Shown: piece by piece, positions 7,597 to 15,123 of the stretch | Layout of the letters: each line of letters opens with the position of its first letter | Position numbering within the stretch: the first letter of the stretch is position 1 | Sequence record: NZ_CP023509.1 | DNA from: a plasmid | Strand: one strand, 5' to 3' | Length of the DNA stretch: 39,540 bases | Notes under the pieces: model-generated | What the model was told of the DNA's origin: nothing | The model's database searches: none | The model's input: only the letters and a program-made list of their open reading frames with translations | Position numbers and translations under genes: made by a program

Positions 7597-7640
7597 GTTT
7601 AGACTTCCCCCTCTCGCATGGGCGAGAGGGGGAAGTCTAA
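7597..7640. terminator. Bidirectional terminator (20-bp perfect stem)
   Basis: tttagacttccccctctcgc atg ggcgagagggggaagtctaaa lies 3' of 7648..7851. Confidence 0.65.
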
Positions 7641-7647
7641 AGAGGCC

Positions 7648-7851
7648 CTAGCGGGCGTTCTCTTCTACAATTTTCCAGAACTCATCTACGGTGACCTTGC
7701 AAGCGAACCCTTCATCAACATCACCGAGAACCTTCTCAGCGATTGCGTCAATGTCGAACTCTGCCCGTGCATCTTCCACGTCGCCATGCTCGATAGGTTC
7801 GATAATTTCGCGGAAAATTGCCTCATCAACGCGGCTGTACTTGCGGGTCAT
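7648..7851 (-). CDS. Small highly acidic protein (67 aa), unknown function
   Basis: About one third of residues are D/E (DEAIFREIIEPIEHGDVEDARAEFDIDAIAEK...). Has its own module copy and an SD GGAAGGA. Confidence 0.55.
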   Translation of the reverse strand: MTRKYSRVDEAIFREIIEPIEHGDVEDARAEFDIDAIAEKVLGDVDEGFACKVTVDEFWKIVEENAR

Positions 7852-8012
7852 TGTGTTTTCCTTCCATTGGAGTTAGTCAGTCCGTCCAGGATTGGGCGGT
7901 GCCGGTAAGGCTTCCGGGGTTTCCCTCCCCGGTTTGTCCTTACACTTATAGTGTACCACAAATAGAAGCATACAAACAAGCTGGAGCGGCGAAAAACCTA
8001 GAAAAAAATCCC
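7852..8012 (-). promoter_or_regulatory. Conserved promoter/5'-UTR module, copy 8 (-10 TACACT)
   Basis: gtaaggcttccggggtttccctccccggtttgtccttacacttatagtgtaccacaaatagaagcatacaaacaagctgg. Confidence 0.5.
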
Positions 8013-8030
8013 CCTGCTGCGGGTACATAA

Positions 8031-8073
8031 AAAGCTTCGGCACTGAACCTAATAGGTTCAGTGCCGAAGCTTT
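8031..8073. terminator. Bidirectional terminator (18-bp perfect stem, A/T flanks)
   Basis: aaagcttcggcactgaacct aat aggttcagtgccgaagcttt. Confidence 0.65.
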
Positions 8074-8075
8074 AA

Positions 8076-8900
8076 TGAAAGTCCCTTAACCCGTCACCGG
8101 GCTAAGGGAAATGTTAGGAAAGTTCCGCCCCATAAAAGTAACAGTACATTCCTCAATGAAAGCCCACCCCCTTGTGAGGGGGTGAGAAGGAAAGAAAGGG
8201 CGCTCCCGATATGTTCAAGAATCCCCCTCAATGAAAGCCCCGCAGCTTGTGTGGCTACGGGGAATGCGCATAGAGAATGAGGCTCCCATTATAAAAATGT
8301 TCGTCCCTCAATGAAAGCCCCGCACCCCCTGCCTGTAGCACACAACCACAGAGCGGTAAGGTGGGGGAATGAGAATCAAACAGTCGGCTTCTTCCCACAA
8401 AATTTCAATTCCTCAATGAAAGCCCCGCCACCGTAAGAGCAGCGGGGAAGAAGGCCACTGTAAAGCTCAAGATAACTTACAATGTCTGCCTCAATGAAAG
8501 CCCCTTAACCCGTCACCGGGTCAAGGGGAAGAGGAATAAGTGCAAGCACCCACCACGATAAGTTCCATTCCTCAATGAAAGTCCTTCCGCCCCACCAGCG
8601 GGGGCGAAGCGGAAGGAAAAGGGTGGAGGAGAAAAGCTCTTCCAACGAAAATATTCACTCCTCAATGAAAGCCCCGCCGCCCGCAAGCGGCGGGGAATAC
8701 ACATAGAGAAGGGCCTCCCGCTAGATAACGTTGATTCCTCAATGAAAGCCCCTTAACCCGGTGCCGGATTAGGGGAAAGAGAAGAAAGCAAATGCTCCCT
8801 GAAACTACTATTGGAGTCCTCAATGAAAGCCCGCCCCCTGCAAGGGGGGGCGAGAAAAGGGATAGCCTCGCAAAACTTAGCCACTTCCAAGGTTCCCTAT
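8076..8900. repeat. Tandem array of 10 structured units (73-104 bp each). Each unit has a conserved leader (CCTCAATGAAAGCCCC) plus a GC hairpin of variable sequence, then GGGGAA and a variable 30-45-nt tail.
   Basis: Unit starts at ~8076, 8151, 8224, 8306, 8410, 8489, 8570, 8660, 8737 and 8818. Hairpins differ in sequence but keep their pairing (for example ccccgccgc..gcggcgggg, ccccttaacccg..cgggtcaagggg, tccttccgc..gcggaagga). No conserved ORF. On the minus strand each hairpin is followed by CTTTCATTGAGG. Confidence 0.7.
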
Positions 8901-8988
8901 GCGGTTATGTTTTCAGTTTAACACTACCTCTGAAAGCGAGGCAAGCGTTTTCGTCACCAGCGAGTTTTCACCTTATCCCTGATGGGAA

Positions 8989-9663
8989 TTAGCGAATCCT
9001 GCGGTTCCGCGGCGGTTGCGCTGCGGCGCGAACTTCATTCACACAGATTTCCAGGCTATCGCTCTGCGAATCGGCGTAGGCGTAGGCATCAAGTTCATTA
9101 CCCATCATGGCCGCATAACTGTTCACGATGTAACCGTAGTACTTGGTGCAGTTAGGGACGTCGATTTCATGAACCCATCCCAACGTGTCACCTTCTTCAT
9201 TGCAGACCCTCCACAAGCCCGGCGGGCACGGGTCAACGTTGAGCGCGTAGAGATGTTCAGCTCGAAGAAGGCGAGTGTCGAACGGGTAGTCTCGCTCAAT
9301 CTGGCGAGAAAGCCAGCGTAGCCACTGCGCAAAGCTTTTCAGGAAACCCGCTTCCTGCCTCCGGTGCTGATCTTTGCGGATTTCTTCGGCTTCTCGCTCG
9401 AAAAATTCGATGACCTCATCAGCGGCGAAGAAAACGGTCGGGTGCTGGTCTTTGCTGTGAATGGTGATGCACTCTGCCTTCTCACCCAATGCTTCGGCAA
9501 TGGGGTTAGGGTCGCGGTCCATATTGAGCCAGAGCCTCTTCCCCCTGCTGCGAAAGTACCAACGGTTATCGAACGGCCCGTTCCCAAATGGTGAAGGCCC
9601 GGCAATGTGTGCCGAGTACGTGCGGCCCTTTTCCTTTCGAATGTACTTGATGCTGTGTGACAT
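8989..9663 (-). CDS. Hypothetical protein (224 aa)
   Basis: Long ORF with its own module copy and leader (cagaaggagaaacagcATG). No recognisable motif. Confidence 0.55.
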   Translation of the reverse strand: MSHSIKYIRKEKGRTYSAHIAGPSPFGNGPFDNRWYFRSRGKRLWLNMDRDPNPIAEALGEKAECITIHSKDQHPTVFFAADEVIEFFEREAEEIRKDQHRRQEAGFLKSFAQWLRWLSRQIERDYPFDTRLLRAEHLYALNVDPCPPGLWRVCNEEGDTLGWVHEIDVPNCTKYYGYIVNSYAAMMGNELDAYAYADSQSDSLEICVNEVRAAAQPPRNRRIR

Positions 9664-9800
9664 GCTGTTTCTCCTTCTGATTTGCTGTTCGGCTGCGCCG
9701 GGTTCGGTGCCGCCGGTAAGGGTTCCGGGGTTTCCCGCCCCGTGTTTTCCTTACACTTATATTCTACCATAAATTAAAGAATATAAGTAGGTTTCACCCC
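9664..9800 (-). promoter_or_regulatory. Conserved promoter/5'-UTR module, copy 9 (-10 TAGAAT)
   Basis: catgctgtttctccttctgatttgctgttcggctgcgccgggttcggtgccgccggtaagggttccggggtttcccgccccgtgttttccttacacttatattctaccataaatt. Confidence 0.5.
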
Positions 9801-9859
9801 CACAATTTCCCCAAAAAAATAAGCCCCCCACTCGCAAAGCGAGAGAGGGGCTGCACCTT

Positions 9860-10456
9860 CTAGCTACCGCCCTTGATGTGCCAGGTCACGTGCTCCTCAG
9901 AGCTAATCAGCCTGCACCGTCCACCGTGGCGGTGACGGTTCCCGTCATTGCGGAAATGACGGCGCGGACAGAATCGAGAGTGCCAAATCTCAGCGGTGAT
10001 GTAGGAATAATCCCGGTCGGACGGGACAATGTGAACAGCGGTTCGGTAGTTCTTTTTCAGGCCTGCGGGGTCACCGTCCCACCCCCAATCGCGCGGCCAC
10101 CAGTTCCCGTGCCGCTTGTCGAACTCAAAGGTCGATTCCTTGAGCTCTTCGCTGCCTGACACTCGCGTGCGAAGAACTACACGGGGCTTCTCATTATTGA
10201 TGTCTTCGACGGTCGGGTTCTTGATGATATCGTCACGGTTGATGAACTCGTTATGCTTCACGATTCCTTCAACCTCAACTCTCAGTTCGTCGTTGAGGTG
10301 TTCAACCTCCACGATCTTTTTGCACGTGATGCGAGGCCACAGAACCGTATCCCACAGTAACCACCACAGAGGGAGCACAAGCAAAGCGATAGCAATGCAG
10401 GTAACCCAGAACACCTCTGAGAGAGTGGCTACGTCTTTATCTAAAAGTGCAAGCAC
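9860..10456 (-). CDS. Membrane-anchored Cys/His-rich protein, family D paralog 1
   Basis: 198 aa. GTG start with SD AGGAGA. N-terminal TM helix. C-terminal VHIVPSDRDYSYITAEIWHSRFC...HRHGGRC...HVTWHIKG is shared with 14034..14609 and 15124..15771. Only a truncated module remnant lies upstream (10457-10500). Confidence 0.6.
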   Translation of the reverse strand: MLALLDKDVATLSEVFWVTCIAIALLVLPLWWLLWDTVLWPRITCKKIVEVEHLNDELRVEVEGIVKHNEFINRDDIIKNPTVEDINNEKPRVVLRTRVSGSEELKESTFEFDKRHGNWWPRDWGWDGDPAGLKKNYRTAVHIVPSDRDYSYITAEIWHSRFCPRRHFRNDGNRHRHGGRCRLISSEEHVTWHIKGGS

Positions 10457-10495
10457 TGTTTTCTCCTAACTGATTTGCTGGCGGCTGCGCGGCGG

Positions 10496-10672
10496 CTAAT
10501 GCAGAGCAACCATAAGTGCCAGATAGCCGGTGTCCACCGCCAAGAACGGCCAGAGCAGCCAGTACCAGGCCCCGCGCCGCAGCCCCCACCCACGGGCGAG
10601 GACAAAATACCACGGGGCAAGCAAGAACACCAGCGCGAGGACGAACAGCCCAATAACCACTAAAACTTTCAT
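10496..10672 (-). CDS. Very small membrane protein (58 aa; hand-translated, not in the ORF track)
   Basis: MKVLVVIGLFVLALVFLLAPWYFVLARGWGLRRGAWYWLLWPFLAVDTGYLALMVALH. SD AGGGAAAA. Lies between the 63-aa TM gene and the family D gene. Confidence 0.35.
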   Translation of the reverse strand: MKVLVVIGLFVLALVFLLAPWYFVLARGWGLRRGAWYWLLWPFLAVDTGYLALMVALH

Positions 10673-10678
10673 TTTTCC

Positions 10679-10870
10679 CTATTGCTCCCACTTAGAGGCC
10701 AAAAAAGCACAGTAGCAAAAGCCGACAAACAGCGCCGCCGCAAAAACCAGCCACACCGGATTCATAGAGCTTTTCTCCCCATCTTCCCCATTGGAGAGCC
10801 TTCCGAATAGGGCGGCGATTACAGCGAGCACAAGCACGATAGCCGCCAGCAACAAGAAGAAGCCGGTCAT
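10679..10870 (-). CDS. Small membrane protein (63 aa, 2 TM)
   Basis: Hydrophobic. Overlaps the upstream HTH gene by 4 nt (ATGA), which suggests translational coupling. Confidence 0.5.
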   Translation of the reverse strand: MTGFFLLLAAIVLVLAVIAALFGRLSNGEDGEKSSMNPVWLVFAAALFVGFCYCAFLASKWEQ

Positions 10871-11157
10871 TTCTTCTCGCTCTTGACTGCCACACCGTGC
10901 GGGCGGGGGGTACCGCTTTTATTCCAACCCCACGCTCGGGAATGCGGCGGGTTTTCCTCGCGCCAGTCCATCCAGCGGCGCGCCTCGGATTCGAGATAGC
11001 CCCAAGTGCTGCCCGTCAGTGAGGCGGGGTGAATGTCGCCCTTTTCTCGGGCGTTGTTCACCGTCCTAGTATCCACTCCGGCCATTGCCGCAACCTGTTT
11101 ACTGGACAAATACACGATGAACTTGCCCTCTTGTTCCTTCTTCTTTTTCTTTGCCAT
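10867..11157 (-). CDS. Lys-rich helix-turn-helix DNA-binding protein (excisionase/MerR-like HTH_17)
   Basis: 96 aa. LSSKQVAAMAGVDTRTVNNAREKG. N-terminal KKKKKEQE. Confidence 0.55.
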   Translation of the reverse strand: MAKKKKKEQEGKFIVYLSSKQVAAMAGVDTRTVNNAREKGDIHPASLTGSTWGYLESEARRWMDWREENPPHSRAWGWNKSGTPRPHGVAVKSEKK

Positions 11158-11281
11158 TGCTGGTATCCTTTCTTCTGCGTGTTTAACATGATTTCACGCC
11201 CTTCTGTCCCCCGCGTGTGGTGGGGGTTTCCCCCGGTGCCTGTTTCCCCCGTCCGTTTTTAGGCGGTGGCACCGGGGGCTT

Positions 11282-11500
11282 TCATTTTTGCATGAGCAAC
11301 GAAACGCCTAGAACGGGCACTATCACTACCGATAAGGCAAGCATCCAGAATATGGCTCCTAAGCCTGGCGGCGTGTATGGCGTGACTCCATCTTTGGTTT
11401 CAGACCAAATCGAGTACATATTCACAATCGCCACGAAAAGGTAGACAAGGATAAGTCCGCCGGTAGTGACCCCCTCAGCCGTGAGAGCAGCCAGTAGCAT
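11282..11500 (-). CDS. Small membrane protein (72 aa)
   Basis: Two hydrophobic segments. Immediately downstream of 11514..12116. Confidence 0.45.
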   Translation of the reverse strand: MLLAALTAEGVTTGGLILVYLFVAIVNMYSIWSETKDGVTPYTPPGLGAIFWMLALSVVIVPVLGVSLLMQK

Positions 11501-11513
11501 TAGCGCCGCCCTT

Positions 11514-12116
11514 TTAGTCCTGTTCGGTCTGCTGCGCGAAGTGCTCGGTCAGCTCTTCTAGTACCTGACGTGCCGGGATCAGCTCGATTCGCTCATCCTG
11601 ATACTGCGTGAACACTTCTTCGGTCATGTACACGCTCAGGTTCTCCACGGTCAGCGGAAGTGGTTCCGAATGAACAGTCAGGCGCTCCATATCTTCCCAT
11701 TCCTCACTGTGCGGGTTGCTCAGGTCGTCCTCGTCGGCGTAACCAGCATCCACAAGAACGGTTCGGGGGCCAGGCTCACCGGTTAGCTCATCGTGGTTCC
11801 ACCAGATGTAAACATCTTCCTTCACGGGGACAGAAGGTGCGGCGTACAGCTGCTCTCCTGAGTCACGGTGCCCGCCACTGATGGTCTCACAGAAGTCTTT
11901 CTGTGCCGGTTTCGGGTCGGACTGGAACCAATGCAGAATGTCCTCCAGAGTGCCGAACTCTTCCTTCCACAGGGTCTTGATGGTGTGGTCCCATGCCCAC
12001 GAATCACGCTCGGTGAAGACGACGGCGTAAGGCTTCTCGCCTGCCGCTTCCATCTTCTCGACAGTGCAGGTCAGGGCCTTCAGGTGGCGTTCTTCCACAT
12101 TCCAGGTGGTCGTCAT
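11514..12116 (-). CDS. Hypothetical acidic protein, family B paralog (also carries the family C C-terminal motif)
   Basis: 200 aa. GEKPYA...SGEQLYAAPSVPVKEDVYIWWN matches 4003..4584. EPLPLTVENLSVY matches family C. Module copy upstream. Confidence 0.6.
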   Translation of the reverse strand: MTTTWNVEERHLKALTCTVEKMEAAGEKPYAVVFTERDSWAWDHTIKTLWKEEFGTLEDILHWFQSDPKPAQKDFCETISGGHRDSGEQLYAAPSVPVKEDVYIWWNHDELTGEPGPRTVLVDAGYADEDDLSNPHSEEWEDMERLTVHSEPLPLTVENLSVYMTEEVFTQYQDERIELIPARQVLEELTEHFAQQTEQD

Positions 12117-12240
12117 GATGTTGTTTCCTTACTGATTCGCTGTTCGGTTGCACCGATTGGTACTACCGGTAAGGGTTTCGGGGTTTCCCTCCCCGGTTCA
12201 TCCTTACACCTATATTCTACCATACATAGAAGAAAATAAA
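12117..12240 (-). promoter_or_regulatory. Conserved promoter/5'-UTR module, copy 11
   Basis: catgatgttgtttccttactgattcgctgttcggttgcaccgattggtactaccggtaagggtttcggggtttccctccccggttcatccttacacctatattctaccatacatagaag. Confidence 0.55.
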
Positions 12241-12359
12241 AACCCGCTTTGCCTATTATTTTTTCACAATTCCCCCCGCTCAACCCCTTATTATATATTT
12301 CTACTTATGCTATAGTATAAGTAGGGGTAACCCCACCCCTTACAACCCCTGGAGGAACC
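12241..12359 (+). promoter_or_regulatory. Divergent promoter region for 12360..12845. Contains a module-like -10 core inside the palindrome TACTTATGCTATAGTATAAGTA.
   Basis: ctatagtataagtaggggtaacccc resembles the module core ggtagaatataagtgtaggg. SD GGAGG before the ATG. Confidence 0.4.
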
Positions 12360-12845
12360 ATGAACAACGACGACTACACCCTCACGATTACCACGGCATC
12401 AGGCGTAACGGCACACCTGACCGGCACCCTGGAAGAACTCTTTACCCGCGCGGCAGAAGAGCGTGAGGGCACGGTACACGTGCCCGACAACATGCACTAT
12501 TGCCTCCCCTCTTCGGTATGGGCTGATGATTACCACGACTTCATTCTTAATGAAAACGGTGAACTGGTGCAGCCGAAGGAACCGAGCGGCTGGGACGCTT
12601 TCGGCTACCGCCACTACGGCGAAGAAGAAGGTGACCACCCGGAAGACTCTACCGCCCGCCTGTTGAGCATCTACCGCGACATTCGCACTGATGATTTTGA
12701 TCTGGACGAGCTAGAGGATTTGACCCCGGATTATCGCGTGTGGGCACATGAGAAGCCCCTGCCGTACACCGCCGAAACTTTGTTGGAGTACGCCCGGTGG
12801 CTCTTTGGTGCCGGGGCGAATATTACCCTATCGCCTGCACCGTAA
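12360..12845 (+). CDS. Hypothetical acidic protein, distant family C member
   Basis: 161 aa. TGTLEELF and KPLPYTAETLLEYARW motifs. Confidence 0.55.
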   Translation: MNNDDYTLTITTASGVTAHLTGTLEELFTRAAEEREGTVHVPDNMHYCLPSSVWADDYHDFILNENGELVQPKEPSGWDAFGYRHYGEEEGDHPEDSTARLLSIYRDIRTDDFDLDELEDLTPDYRVWAHEKPLPYTAETLLEYARWLFGAGANITLSPAP

Positions 12846-12959
12846 CCGCACGCTTCGGTTTACCCGGGGGTAAATCGAAAAACCACACACGCGGCGGGGC
12901 GGCGCATCTAGGATTGAGTATGTCCCCTCCAAAAAATACGACAGAAGGAATAATTCATC

Positions 12960-13562
12960 ATGACCTCTTCATCTCAGAAGGTACGCTCTCATCCGTGGCT
13001 CACGGTTAGCTGCTTCGTCTTAAGCATGGGCTCCTTCTTCCTTGGGCTGGCGGGCTTGTGGCCTACCTACGGCCCTTCCCTCATTTTGGCGCTCTTCCTC
13101 ATTGCCGCCGGGCCGGTCATCACCTTTGGCAAGCGCGCCAACGTCGAGGCTACCGGATTCCGCACTGTAACGATCATGGCGACCGTCGCCTGCGGCCTGG
13201 TGTTCAGTAGCTTTCTCAACGCGGGACTGATTCAGTCTTCCGAAGATGCCGGCGCGGGCGCCACCGGCGGCTTTATGTTCCTTGCCGCCCTGGAGATGTG
13301 GGCCATCATTCGCCAGATGCAGCGAAGCGTTCCTGAGCTTATCGAGGGCCTGGATATGAAAATTGCGCTTTCTGCTGCGGCTGCGGCTGGCTCATTCGGT
13401 TTCTACGGCTTGCTGGCTCTGTCGCTCTTTTGTGCCGCTGGCTCCGTCGCTAGCTTGTGGTTCCGCGCGAAAGGCTGGAAGGTGGACATTACCGGGCTGT
13501 TCGCGTCGTGCGCGCTGGTGATGCTGTCGATTCTGGCGTTTGTGCCGTGGCTGGTTCGCTAG
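12960..13562 (+). CDS. Integral membrane protein (about 6 TM)
   Basis: 200 aa, hydrophobic. SD GAAGGAA. Confidence 0.6.
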   Translation: MTSSSQKVRSHPWLTVSCFVLSMGSFFLGLAGLWPTYGPSLILALFLIAAGPVITFGKRANVEATGFRTVTIMATVACGLVFSSFLNAGLIQSSEDAGAGATGGFMFLAALEMWAIIRQMQRSVPELIEGLDMKIALSAAAAAGSFGFYGLLALSLFCAAGSVASLWFRAKGWKVDITGLFASCALVMLSILAFVPWLVR

Positions 13563-13639
13563 CTTAGACTGAGGCACCAATAAAGGGGGGCGGGTACATG
13601 TTGTACCCGCCCCCCTTTATTGTGTGCCTTGATTCGGGG

Positions 13640-13791
13640 TGAGGTTTCCCTAAAAATCCCGCTGTCTCACCTTGTTTTCTTACTTCCACATGTGGTAGAA
13701 TATAAGTGTAGGGTAAGGATAGGGAAAATCCTTAACCTACCAGGTTGAGCCGCCCGGCTTAGCCTGCACCATAACAGAAGGAAAATAAATC
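13640..13791 (+). promoter_or_regulatory. Conserved promoter/5'-UTR module, plus-orientation copy (TTGTTT-N18-TGgTAGAAT; leader hairpin GUAGGGUAAGGAU/AUCCUUAACCUAC)
   Basis: ccttgttttcttacttccacatgtggtagaatataagtgtagggtaaggatagggaaaatccttaacctacc...gaaggaaaataaatcATG. Confidence 0.55.
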
Positions 13792-14001
13792 ATGGACTGG
13801 CTTCTCTTTATTATTGGCCTTTTTCCGATCGCATCTTTGTGCTTCATAGTGCTTGGCTCTATATTCTTTTGGTTACTTAGCATTTTTGATGATGTTGAGG
13901 ATTTCATAAATTTTGCAATCCGTCCCGCAATACTAGTACTCGCGGGATTTTCGATTATGCTCTGCATCCCCCTCCTCACCCTCCAGGTGCACCAGCGATA
14001 A
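13792..14001 (+). CDS. Small membrane protein (69 aa), AT-rich
   Basis: Two TM segments. First gene after the plus-orientation module. Confidence 0.5.
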   Translation: MDWLLFIIGLFPIASLCFIVLGSIFFWLLSIFDDVEDFINFAIRPAILVLAGFSIMLCIPLLTLQVHQR

Positions 14002-14033
14002 GTGCAGCCAACCCTCAACGGAAGGAACTTACT

Positions 14034-14609
14034 ATGGAACCCTTGTATATCCTTTTAGCAATTTCATTCTACACATTACCAATTATCATACCGTTTTTAT
14101 GGATAGAGCTTGAAATAAATGAAATACCGCAAAAAATAAAAAGCTTTATTCGCACTCGGCAGTCTATCGAGGTTGAAAATATCAAGAAAGAAAATATTAG
14201 TATTGACAACCTCAAATCATTCAATACACTAACTACACAGTCTTATATAGTTATCAACCCAAACTATGAAGATTTTGATGACTCACATTTTACGATACAG
14301 TGGAAAAAAGCGTCTTCACCCCACAGCCTGAAATCAATGTTTTCCTGCAATAACGGAAAGTGGAAATGCTATGGGGGATTCGACGGGTCACAGAAGGTTG
14401 AGCGTCGAGTTCAAGGCGATACCGTCATTGATTTTGTGCCTTCAAATGATAGTTCCTCGCACATTACGAACGACATATGGCATTATTTCCAGTGCTCCCG
14501 GCGACAATTGCGAAAAGAAGAGAGAGCAGGTGAGGTTCACCGCCACGGTAGATACTGCAAGCGGATTAAATCAGTCAAGCACGTGACCTGGCACATTAGA
14601 AGTAAGTAG
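14034..14609 (+). CDS. Membrane-anchored Cys/His-rich protein, family D paralog 2 (AT-rich coding sequence)
   Basis: 191 aa. N-terminal TM. C-terminal IDFVPSNDSSSHITNDIWHYFQC...HRHGRYC...HVTWHIRSK. Confidence 0.6.
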   Translation: MEPLYILLAISFYTLPIIIPFLWIELEINEIPQKIKSFIRTRQSIEVENIKKENISIDNLKSFNTLTTQSYIVINPNYEDFDDSHFTIQWKKASSPHSLKSMFSCNNGKWKCYGGFDGSQKVERRVQGDTVIDFVPSNDSSSHITNDIWHYFQCSRRQLRKEERAGEVHRHGRYCKRIKSVKHVTWHIRSK

Positions 14610-14620
14610 GTGGTGAAATA

Positions 14621-14863
14621 ATGATTGAAAACTCTGACCCCCCGGCCCCTATTACCATTCTACTAACAGCTTTGATTTTCTTACCTATTATTTCACCTAT
14701 TATTGCCCCCCTACTTTTCATACTTAAAGAAATAATATCTGATATATATAAATATTTGCGGGAAGTAGAAAAACCTGACGGGTTAAACACCACAGATAAG
14801 TTCATAGTGTATGGTCTTCTTATCCTCGTCTTCGCCCTTATAGGCGTTTCTATTTTCTTATAG
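14621..14863 (+). CDS. Small membrane protein (80 aa), AT-rich
   Basis: Two TM helices. Confidence 0.5.
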   Translation: MIENSDPPAPITILLTALIFLPIISPIIAPLLFILKEIISDIYKYLREVEKPDGLNTTDKFIVYGLLILVFALIGVSIFL

Positions 14864-14866
14864 CAA

Positions 14867-14909
14867 GAAGTGGCCCACCCCATGTACGGGGTGGGCCACT
14901 TCGTTTTCT
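14867..14909 (+). terminator. Intrinsic terminator (15-bp stem + T-tract)
   Basis: gaagtggcccacccc atgtac ggggtgggccacttc gttttc. Near-identical to 15964..16005. Confidence 0.75.
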
Positions 14910-14999
14910 ATCAGTCACAAAAGTACCCGCAGCAGGGGGTGGTGTCAGGTCAGCAGTGCCTGGAGCCCGGAATTTTTCGTGATGATTTCGCCGCCATAG

Positions 15000-15123
15000 C
15001 TTGCATATATCATTCTCGATATGGTACACTATAAATGTAAGGTTGAGGGGAGGGAAAACCCTTGACCTGACCGGCGAAATCCACCCGGACAAGCCGAAAC
15101 CCACGACAGAAGGAAACAACATC
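15000..15123 (+). promoter_or_regulatory. Conserved promoter/5'-UTR module, second plus-orientation copy (TTGCAT-N18-TACACT)
   Basis: atggtacactataaatgtaaggttgaggggagggaaaacccttgacctgacc...gaaggaaacaacatcATG is the reverse complement of the minus-orientation module. Confidence 0.55.

Noticed and set aside
8076-8900. CRISPR array
   Set aside because: The conserved part is only ~15 nt and the hairpin itself varies. Unit length is irregular (73-104 bp). No cas genes are in the window. The architecture is leader plus variable structure, not repeat plus spacer.
8076-8900. Integron attC cassette array, or mini-ORFs (MKAP...) encoded by each unit
   Set aside because: There is no integrase or attI. 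There is no R''/R' end-pairing within units. The ATG in CAATGAAAG gives 4-40-aa peptides of inconsistent length with no SD, so it is unlikely to be coding. ORFs 8513..8704(-) and 8792..8992(+) in the track are repeat artefacts.
10437-10691. 84-aa ORF in the track overlapping the module remnant
   Set aside because: A different frame at the same place gives a clean 58-aa two-TM protein with an SD. The 84-aa product is Ala/Gly/Arg-rich and antisense-like.
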